This document shows positions 57,317-64,000 of a DNA stretch of 64,000 bases, piece after piece. The DNA is from Patescibacteria group bacterium (GTDB taxonomy: Bacteria > Patescibacteriota > Patescibacteriia > Magasanikbacterales > GWA2-37-8). Made by a program: the position numbers and the translations under genes. Every line of letters starts with the position of its first letter. Positions within the stretch are counted from its first letter, which is position 1. The notes beneath the pieces are model-generated. The model saw nothing but the letters and a program-made list of their open reading frames with translations. It was not told the DNA's origin and did not search any database. The stretch lies in the NCBI GenBank assembly GCA_022710645.1, contig JAKLGL010000002.1, forward strand, positions 14,337 to 78,336. Direction: 5' to 3'.

Positions 57317-58162
57317 CTATGACTTAGCCAATTTTTCTTTAATCACAGCTAACTCTTCACCCGCTTTAAACGGGGAATACATATTGTGTTTGATCTTTTT
57401 TATCCCATTTTCTAAACTTACTTTCAAAACAGAAAGACAATATTGTTTCAAGGCCTGTTTGATTTTTTCCAGATCTTTTTCATTAAACACATCTTCTTTT
57501 AACCCCAAAAAATTATTTTTATAATTTATATAATCAATAACCATTTTCTTTTTCAAATCTTTGTCTATTAGTTGGTAAACTATTTTTGCCAACATATCAT
57601 CTTCCATAGCATCTTTGTACAAACTCGGCAAATTCTTGTTTCCGTGAAAAATAAAATCTTTGGAAGCGGAAAAATTGGGATTGAGTATGAGATTGTAAGC
57701 AAAAAGAAAATAATCTAAAGCATACAACTGCATCTGATTTTCCAAAAGATTCAAATCGTATTTTTTAACCTCATCTTTTCCGTGTTTCTTCAAAAATAAA
57801 TCAGAATTGTTATTGGAAGCCCAAAAAGGGGTTTTTTGGGAAATCAACAAATCTATTTCTTTTATTATATTAAAGGAATCATCTATTTTATTACCAAGAG
57901 AAACTGAAATAACTTTTTTTAATTCTACCAAAAATTCATACTCTTTAAATTTTTCCTTTTCTAATATTTTAATCATTTTTTTAACATCTTTTCCTAATTT
58001 AGTATCGGAAAGTTTTTGTGCATCAAGTGCCTTAAGCATGTCAGAAAAAAGATTAAAAAGTGAATTTTTAAAATCTTTTTGCAAAGTTTCTTCTAATACA
58101 AAAAATGGGCAATTTTTGATTACTTGGAGCTTTTCTATTATCATTTCTAAAGGATTTTCCAT
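57317..58162 (-). CDS. Hypothetical protein (281 aa)
   Basis: ORF only; divergent from the ECF sigma gene. Confidence 0.5.
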   Translation of the reverse strand: MENPLEMIIEKLQVIKNCPFFVLEETLQKDFKNSLFNLFSDMLKALDAQKLSDTKLGKDVKKMIKILEKEKFKEYEFLVELKKVISVSLGNKIDDSFNIIKEIDLLISQKTPFWASNNNSDLFLKKHGKDEVKKYDLNLLENQMQLYALDYFLFAYNLILNPNFSASKDFIFHGNKNLPSLYKDAMEDDMLAKIVYQLIDKDLKKKMVIDYINYKNNFLGLKEDVFNEKDLEKIKQALKQYCLSVLKVSLENGIKKIKHNMYSPFKAGEELAVIKEKLAKS

Positions 58163-58292
58163 AAATAAACGTTATATATAATAAAACTATTATATCAACA
58201 ATATACTACAAAGACAACTTTTTCTTGTAACATTCCCCCTCTCTGCTGTATTATACCTTTGTAGTAAAAAGTAAATTAACCCCTACTAATTT

Positions 58293-58820
58293 ATGACTAT
58301 ACAAGAAGAACTGTCTTTGGTGGAAAACGCCAAAGCCGGCAGTAAAAACGCCGTATCCCTGCTTTGGGACGATATCACCCCGAAGCTTTACGGTTATTTA
58401 ATGAACACTCTGCACGATAAAACTTTGGCCGACGACATTTTGCAAGAGACTTGGCTCAAAGCTATTTCCTCTTTGAATAAATTCCAACCAAAGGGTGTGA
58501 AATTCAGCTCGTGGCTTTTCGCCATCGCTCGCAACGAATGCCGACAATATTGGCGTAAAAACGGAAAAACTGTAATTTTGGAAGAAGATAACAGTATGGA
58601 AAAAACTCCGGATACTTTTATCGTCAAAGAAAATTTAAACGACAAAATATTAGTAGATGAAATTTTGAAAAAACTTCCGGAAATAGATCAAGAAATTTTA
58701 CGTTTACATTATATTTCCGAATTTTCTTTTAAAGAAATCGCGCAAATATTGAACATTTCTCCGCTTAACGCTCGTTTACGTTCTTTTCGCGCTTTATCCA
58801 AAGCCCGCGCAATTCTTTAA
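58293..58820 (+). CDS. ECF-type RNA polymerase sigma-70 family factor
   Basis: Region 2 (DILQETWLKAISSLNKFQ...FSSWLFAIARN) and region 4 HTH (ILRLHYISEFSFKEIAQILNISPLNARLRSFRA). Confidence 0.85.
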   Translation: MTIQEELSLVENAKAGSKNAVSLLWDDITPKLYGYLMNTLHDKTLADDILQETWLKAISSLNKFQPKGVKFSSWLFAIARNECRQYWRKNGKTVILEEDNSMEKTPDTFIVKENLNDKILVDEILKKLPEIDQEILRLHYISEFSFKEIAQILNISPLNARLRSFRALSKARAIL

Positions 58821-58848
58821 TTTAAAAACAAAATAATTTTAAAACCAT

Positions 58849-60093
58849 ATGTTTAATAAAAAAATATCCGCTAACTTCACACGTTGGGGAGAAAAAACAA
58901 AAAAACTTCCCGATAATAACGAAGCGTTAAAACAAAAAATACTAGACTCTTTACAACCTGTTCATGAAATAGCCAAAAAGAAAAAACCTTTCGCTTTCCG
59001 TTGGTTATTCTTAACCGCTGTGCCGGCCTTAGCGCTGTTTTTAACAATTAGTGTTTGGCAAAATTCCAGAATAGAATCTCTTTCATCTGTGGAATCTGTT
59101 GATTTTTATGAAGGAGAACAAGCAGGTCAAACCGCTTCCTATGATGCAAATCTCGGTTTAAGTAAGTCTATACAAGCAACCGGGCTCGCTCAAGAAGAAT
59201 CTTTTGTGGAAAGAATCGCTGACAAAATCAGTATGCCTGAACCCGAGCCGATGATCGGACAACCTTCTATCTATTATTATAACGAAAGTTCGGATATCAC
59301 TGACACGCGCGAATATCTCAAAACAACTTTTGGTTTAAATATCAAAACTCGCAATGTGGAAAAAATGCACACTCGCCTCAAAACTATTATCCGCGGTTAT
59401 GACGGTCGCATAGACAACGCTAATCTGAATGAAAAATATGCCAGCATCGGTTTTGTTTTACCGAAATCCGCTTATGAATCTTTTGTTGAGGAAGTTACTG
59501 AAATGTTTCCGGAAAAATTCATTACCGTTTACAAAAACAGCACCAATTTATTGGGGCAAAAACAAAATATTGAAAAACAAACGGAATATACCAGCTCTAC
59601 TTTGGAAAATTTAAAAACCGAACGGGCCGATAATATCAAAAAATATGATGAAAAAATCGCTTCTTTGAATAAAGAAATTTCTCGTTTGGACAATTCCATG
59701 TATGCTTTGGTAGCTCAAAGAAAAACCGTTTCTTCAACCGATACGGAAACTCTCAAAAAAATAAACGACCAAATAAATTATTTGAGTCGCGTACGTACCG
59801 AACGCACTTCCGAATTAATGAGAGCCATGACTCAGCATGAAAAAGATTTGGATTATTTTGACAACCAGATAAAAAATACGGAAAATAATTTGATTGAACT
59901 TGGCAAACAAGATACAAAATTGATAAATAATGTAGAAACAGTCAACGGAACAATCACAATAAGATGGATAAGTTTGTTTCAAATTGTAAATTTGTATATA
60001 CCGATTTACAAAACATTGATCACTGTTTGTATTTTAATAATAATCGGTTATATTTTCCTTGGACGTAAAACAAAAGAAATAGAATTGCCTTAA
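58849..60093 (+). CDS. Putative anti-sigma factor / DUF4349-like membrane protein with coiled coil
   Basis: Immediately downstream of the ECF sigma gene; N-terminal TM, coiled-coil middle, C-terminal TM. Confidence 0.55.
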   Translation: MFNKKISANFTRWGEKTKKLPDNNEALKQKILDSLQPVHEIAKKKKPFAFRWLFLTAVPALALFLTISVWQNSRIESLSSVESVDFYEGEQAGQTASYDANLGLSKSIQATGLAQEESFVERIADKISMPEPEPMIGQPSIYYYNESSDITDTREYLKTTFGLNIKTRNVEKMHTRLKTIIRGYDGRIDNANLNEKYASIGFVLPKSAYESFVEEVTEMFPEKFITVYKNSTNLLGQKQNIEKQTEYTSSTLENLKTERADNIKKYDEKIASLNKEISRLDNSMYALVAQRKTVSSTDTETLKKINDQINYLSRVRTERTSELMRAMTQHEKDLDYFDNQIKNTENNLIELGKQDTKLINNVETVNGTITIRWISLFQIVNLYIPIYKTLITVCILIIIGYIFLGRKTKEIELP

Positions 60094-60104
60094 ATAAAAT
60101 CAGA

Positions 60105-60137
60105 TAAAAAAATACCCGTCAAAAGCGGGTATTTTTG
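60105..60137 (+). terminator. Rho-independent terminator (AATACCCGTCAAAAGCGGGTATT plus T-run)
   Basis: Stem-loop and U-run. Confidence 0.65.
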
Positions 60138-60206
60138 TTACTTATCCCCAAGCATGATTTTTGCTAAAATGAGACAAAAAAACGCCAAAAATACGTTTTA
60201 AAATCA

Positions 60207-60235
60207 TTTAAAAATAGACAAAAATATGCTATAAT
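60207..60235 (+). promoter_or_regulatory. Promoter with a strong extended -10 (TGcTATAAT) and a weak -35 (TTTAAA)
   Basis: TATAAT at 60230-60235 preceded by TGC; 17-nt spacing to TTTAAA. Confidence 0.45.
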
Positions 60236-60239
60236 ACTT

Positions 60240-60848
60240 CATAGCTAACAAAAGCTTAGAGTCTGATTTTGCCTGGGGGCACTGTCGGACCCACTCGTTC
60301 TTTAACCCCCGAAAAAATGTATCGTTAGTATAAGGTAGAATTGTCTTTTCGTCTTACCAAATCTTTTAATATATTTTCTCTTTCCGGTTTTTTTCTTTTG
60401 TTTTTTGTAACTTTTAATCGATTATCGGATATCGGACAAGTTCCGAAAAACAATTCTTCTTTTTTTCTTTATGTTGAGAACTAACTAAAAAGTTCTCGAC
60501 TGAAGCTCGTCAGGTTTTGGTTGTAAACTAATCAGAAGTTTACGCCCTAAACCCGTAAGGTTTTCAGTTGGTATCGCTGTGGCGATTCCCGATTGAAACT
60601 CGCGAGTTTTCGGGTTATTCCGTAAAGATACAGTTGTATTTCTGCAAAAAATACCGACACCTCAATTGTCGAAAAATTGAGGGTTTGCACCAAGAGCGCG
60701 GTTTGATTGATTTGATTCTTGCGTCTATTTTGACTGCAATGAATCTTTTCTTTTAACCGCCACTCCCAAGTCCAAACCTTAAAGTGTTTTTTCTTTCTTT
60801 ATCATCGATACTTTTTTACCCGGCGCTTTCGCCGGTTTTTTGTTTTTT
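60240..60848 (+). ncRNA. Candidate roughly 600 nt structured non-coding RNA of unknown class
   Basis: No ORF longer than 10 codons on the + strand. Upstream promoter; terminal intrinsic terminator at 60820-60848 (CCGGCGCTTTCGCCGG plus U-run). Multiple strong internal hairpins, including AAACTCGCGAGTTT and CCTCAATTgtcgaaaAATTGAGG. Confidence 0.3.
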
Positions 60849-60852
60849 AAAT

Positions 60853-60892
60853 ATAATAAAAAATCCCGTCTCTTCAGAGAGAAGGACGGGAA
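60853..60892 (-). terminator. Rho-independent terminator for the minus-strand gene 60910-61527 (TCCCGTCTCTTCAGAGAGAAGGACGGGA)
   Basis: Stem-loop with a U-run on the minus strand. Confidence 0.55.
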
Positions 60893-60909
60893 ATTTAAAA
60901 AATAATTAA

Positions 60910-61527
60910 TTAAGGTTTTACTTCGATTTGCGCCGCTCCCCCACCATCACAAGTAATATAACTTTTTCCCAATTTATCGGCAGTGACTATGGTATAACTG
61001 TAAGCTCCTATGTTATACAACCTGCTCATAAAAACTATTTTTCTTGTTTTATTATCTCTATTATCAAGCATAATTTTTGCACCTTTCTTTACCACCAAAG
61101 AACCGGGACTACCATGACAATTTAAAAATTGAAAATAATAACCAGAAGTTTGATAGGAATTTCTGGCTTTCAAATAATCACTAGTGGCCGATAAAGAAGT
61201 AGAGGAAGTTTTAACAGTAGAGGCTTTTTTAATAACAGTCGTCTTTTTAATCGCCGTACCAGTAGTAGTGGTTACACTGTCTATTGTACTGGTAACAACA
61301 TCATCAACAACCTGAGTTGAACTGCTATTATTCCAAAAATCATAAGGGGTATCTTCTATTACTTTATTTTCACTTTTAAAAGTATGGAGGAGCCAATAAA
61401 CCAAAGAAATTGCTACCAAAATAAAAACCAAAACTATGGTAAAATAAGGTCTTTTATCGGGATTTTTAGAGTCGTTTTCCGGATTCGAATTGGAGCCCGA
61501 CAGATTGTTTAAATTGTTTAATTCCAT
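60910..61527 (-). CDS. Hypothetical TM-anchored Ser/Thr-rich secreted protein (205 aa)
   Basis: N-terminal TM; S/T-rich linker. Confidence 0.55.
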   Translation of the reverse strand: MELNNLNNLSGSNSNPENDSKNPDKRPYFTIVLVFILVAISLVYWLLHTFKSENKVIEDTPYDFWNNSSSTQVVDDVVTSTIDSVTTTTGTAIKKTTVIKKASTVKTSSTSLSATSDYLKARNSYQTSGYYFQFLNCHGSPGSLVVKKGAKIMLDNRDNKTRKIVFMSRLYNIGAYSYTIVTADKLGKSYITCDGGGAAQIEVKP

Positions 61528-61638
61528 ATTTTTTGATTAATTATTACTTTTATTTAAATTAGCATAGATATTCGGAAAGGTCAATTGCTTTAACCATCTT
61601 GACTTTTGGGGAAAATAATATATAATATTTACACCTAC

Positions 61639-61712
61639 GTCAGGGTAGCTCAGTTGGTGAGAGCGAAGGATTCATAACCCTTAGGTCGGGAGTTCGACTC
61701 TCCCCCCTGACA
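61639..61712 (+). tRNA. tRNA with anticodon CAU (elongator Met or lysidine-Ile2), no encoded CCA
   Basis: Acceptor GTCAGGG/CCCTGAC, D-arm TAGCTCAGTTGGTGAGAGC, anticodon loop TTCATAA, T-loop GGGAGTTCGACTCTCCC. G1-C72 is paired, so it is not an initiator. Confidence 0.8.
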
Positions 61713-61835
61713 CTTCTGTCCACCCCGTCGCCCCGGTCTCGGACACCTGCGGTTTCCGACGGTCGCTAGCGCTCCCTGCCTTCCACCATCGGGGTGTCCA
61801 GCCGTCCGCCTACGGCGTCCGTATTTTGTAAACTG
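61713..61835 (+). other. GC-rich (about 65-70%) highly self-complementary element between tRNA-CAU and the tsaD start, in an otherwise roughly 35% GC locus
   Basis: Base composition and complementary segments (GGACACC/GGTGTCC, CCCCG/CGGGG, CCGACGG/CCGTC) read directly. Confidence 0.5.
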
Positions 61836-61839
61836 TTTT

Positions 61840-62838
61840 ATGAAAATTTTAGCTATTGAAAGTTCATGTGATGACACTTCAGTCGCCCTGGTAGATTGCT
61901 CTGCAAAGGGTTTTTTTGTAATTGAAGAAAAAACCGCTTCGCAAATAAATCTCCATAAAAAATACGGCGGGGTTATCCCGGAAATCGCCGGCAGACTTCA
62001 TGCGGAAAAAATAGTTCCGTTGATAGAAGAAGTTTTGAAAAAAGGCAAACCCGATGTCATAGCCGTAGCTTCCGGTCCCGGTCTTATCACCGGTCTTATC
62101 GTGGGCGTTGAAACAGCTCGCAATCTTTCTTATTTTTTCAAAAAACCCCTTGTATCTGTGAATCATCTTGAAGGACATATTCATTCTGTTGAAATTAAAT
62201 CTAAAATAGTTTACCCGGCATTAGCTCTTATAGTAAGTGGTGGACACACCGAACTGATTTTGATAAAAAAACCCGGAACTTATAAATTAATCGGAGCTAC
62301 TCTTGATGACGCGGCCGGAGAATGTTTTGACAAGGTCGCCAAAATGTTAAATCTCACTTATCCCGGCGGACCGAAAATTTCCGCTTTCGCGCAAAAAGGA
62401 AATCGCCAAGCTATTGACCTGCCTCGCCCGATGTTAAATCAAAATAATTTTAATTTCAGTTTTTCCGGACTCAAAACCGCGGCTCTTTACCACTTACAAA
62501 AAAATCCGATTAAAAACGAAAAAGAATTAAACGATTTTTGTGCTTCGCTTGAAGAATCTATTATTGAGGTGTTAACCGAAAAAACCATTCGCGCCGGTTT
62601 AAAATACAAAACAAAAAGCATTATTCTTTCCGGCGGTGTTTCCGCAAACAAATATTTGCGTGAAACTTTGAGCAGAAAAACAAAAGAAAAATTGGGATTA
62701 AATTTATTAGTTCCGGAATTTCAATATTGTATGGATAACGCGGTAATGTCGGCTATCGCCGGGTATTACAAAGCCAAAAAAAAGAAATTTACTGATTGGA
62801 AAAAAATCAAAGCCGATCCAACTTGGGAAATAGGTTAG
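61840..62838 (+). CDS. tsaD: tRNA N6-adenosine threonylcarbamoyltransferase TsaD (Kae1/Gcp)
   Basis: MKILAIESSCDDTSVALVD start, HxxGH metal site (HLEGHIHS), overall length. Confidence 0.9.
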   Translation: MKILAIESSCDDTSVALVDCSAKGFFVIEEKTASQINLHKKYGGVIPEIAGRLHAEKIVPLIEEVLKKGKPDVIAVASGPGLITGLIVGVETARNLSYFFKKPLVSVNHLEGHIHSVEIKSKIVYPALALIVSGGHTELILIKKPGTYKLIGATLDDAAGECFDKVAKMLNLTYPGGPKISAFAQKGNRQAIDLPRPMLNQNNFNFSFSGLKTAALYHLQKNPIKNEKELNDFCASLEESIIEVLTEKTIRAGLKYKTKSIILSGGVSANKYLRETLSRKTKEKLGLNLLVPEFQYCMDNAVMSAIAGYYKAKKKKFTDWKKIKADPTWEIG

Positions 62839-62886
62839 ATCTAATTAAAACAAACTCAAAAATAAAAGTCCTGCTACACAGGACTT

Positions 62887-63702
62887 TTATTTTTGACATT
62901 TAGGACAATAAACTGTTCCCCTACCACCCAATCTACTTTCCAATAAAATGCTTTTGCATTTCAAACAAGGCAATCCTTTTCGTCCATAGACTTTCAATTT
63001 ATCAACGTAACTACCTTTTTTGCCGTAACAATCCAGATAATCATCGGCTGTAGTTCCCCCACACTTTATCGAAGTTTGTAAAATCGTACGTAGTCCTTTA
63101 TAAAGTTTTTTGACTTCTTCTTTTTTTAAAGTCTCCATCTTTCTATCCGGTAAAATACCCGCATAAAAGCAAGCTTCTTGCGCATAAATATTACCAATTC
63201 CGGCAATAAATTTTTGATCAAGCAATATTTGTTTAATTTTACTTTTTGGTTTAGACAATAGTAAATTTTCAAATTTTTTCAAAGTAAAATTTTTGTCAAG
63301 CGGTTCCGGACCATAATCTTTTCCCAACAATTTTGACAATTCTTCTGCTTTTATTAATTTTAAATAGCCAAATTTACGAACGTCTTTGAAATTTAATTGG
63401 TTTTCACCACTCAATTTTAAAATCAAGTGAGTGTGTTTATCTTTAGGAATATTCCAAAGATATTTACCAGTCATTTTCAGATGAGTTAACAAAACATAAT
63501 CGTTGTTTAATTCCAAAATCAATAATTTAGCGCGACGATTAACTCGATTTATTTTTGCGCCTGTTAATATTTTCAAAAACTTATTTTTCGGTAAATTTAT
63601 CATTTTCTGCGGACCAAAAAATTCAGCAAAAATAATCTTTTTTCCTGCAACTAATTTATTTAACTGAGATTTAATTGTTTCTACTTCTGGTAATTCCGGC
63701 AT
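62887..63702 (-). CDS. mutM: Formamidopyrimidine-DNA glycosylase (Fpg/Nei family)
   Basis: N-terminal MPELPEVE, C-terminal zinc finger CLKC...CPKC. Start taken at MPELPEVE, not the upstream M. Confidence 0.85.
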   Translation of the reverse strand: MPELPEVETIKSQLNKLVAGKKIIFAEFFGPQKMINLPKNKFLKILTGAKINRVNRRAKLLILELNNDYVLLTHLKMTGKYLWNIPKDKHTHLILKLSGENQLNFKDVRKFGYLKLIKAEELSKLLGKDYGPEPLDKNFTLKKFENLLLSKPKSKIKQILLDQKFIAGIGNIYAQEACFYAGILPDRKMETLKKEEVKKLYKGLRTILQTSIKCGGTTADDYLDCYGKKGSYVDKLKVYGRKGLPCLKCKSILLESRLGGRGTVYCPKCQK

Positions 63703-63722
63703 AACAAATAAAATTTTCAATT

Positions 63723-63998
63723 TTATAACATTATCTTCCCTTCTCCAACTATTTCTTCCAATTCTTTCTGAAGTTCATCTCCAAATTTAATTTTATATTG
63801 TGTCTTAATCGTATTGCTTCCCACTCGCAAATATACTTGGGATTCCCCCGGATATTTAGCTAAAATATTTTTAATAATATCGGACTTTTCTTTTACTTCC
63901 GCCAAAGTTAAATTCAAAGTAATACTGTCTTCGTTTTCCGTTTTTTCTTCATATTCTTCGTATTCTTCACGGTTGCGAGATGACAAAACTTGACCCAT
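63723..63998 (-). CDS. Hypothetical acidic protein (91 aa ORF ending 2 nt from the window end; may be the C-terminal part of a longer gene)
   Basis: ORF only; the N-terminus cannot be resolved. Confidence 0.35.
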   Translation of the reverse strand: MGQVLSSRNREEYEEYEEKTENEDSITLNLTLAEVKEKSDIIKNILAKYPGESQVYLRVGSNTIKTQYKIKFGDELQKELEEIVGEGKIML

Positions 63999-64000
63999 GG

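Noticed and set aside
60240-60848. tmRNA, RNase P RNA, SRP RNA or 6S RNA
   Set aside because: It has no tRNA-like 3' end or T-loop (GTTCRANYC), no GGAAAGUCCGG P4 motif, and no SRP domain-IV motif. It remains an unknown candidate only.
61650-61877. 75-aa minus-strand ORF rich in Arg/Gly
   Set aside because: It overlaps the tRNA-CAU gene and the GC-rich element; the composition is an artefact of GC-rich DNA read in frame, with no RBS.

Overview
The window is AT-rich (about 35% GC), gene-dense and mostly encoded on the minus strand. Gene content points to a Gram-positive-type bacterium with a reduced genome, plausibly Patescibacteria/CPR; that assignment is inference. A complete RF2 is present, so UGA is read as stop. 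Housekeeping genes identified by motif: leuS, infB, nusA, yidC, prfB, rsmA, truB, rny, hup, trxA, tsaD, mutM, two ABC-F ATPases, an Hsp20, a VanW-domain protein, an L,D-transpeptidase, and an ECF sigma factor with a putative anti-sigma partner. RNA genes: tRNA-Ser(GCU), tRNA-Glu(UUC), tRNA-Met/Ile2(CAU). Accessory content: (1) a roughly 4.8 kb island at the 3' end of tRNA-Ser, flanked by about 195 bp imperfect direct repeats, carrying a TdeIII-like type II R-M system, a LexA-type repressor and a divergent two-gene module of unknown function; there is no integrase; (2) a competence/secretion neighbourhood with ComF, a VirB4-family ATPase, a PrgI-like protein, a split ComEC and a separate MBL-domain gene; (3) a tandem array of three paralogous secreted cysteine-rich fibre/adhesin-like proteins (411, 890 and 1531 aa), the largest carrying a phage tail-spike intramolecular-chaperone (peptidase S74) domain, downstream of an XRE regulator; (4) a lipoprotein with RCC1-like repeats whose 5' half is compositionally anomalous (GC-rich). 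Non-coding structure: a 9-bp tandem repeat fills the leuS-comEC intergenic region and recurs elsewhere; a dispersed near-perfect 18-20 bp palindrome occurs 4 times, once inside truB; tRNA-Ser and tRNA-Glu are each followed by a structured GC-richer element ending in a copy of the tRNA's 3' end; tRNA-Met is followed by a GC-rich structured element with no repeat; a roughly 600 nt ORF-free region bounded by a promoter and a terminator is a candidate ncRNA. Several near-consensus sigma70 promoters with an extended -10 (TGc) are present. All protein calls are from motif recognition by eye, not database searches.
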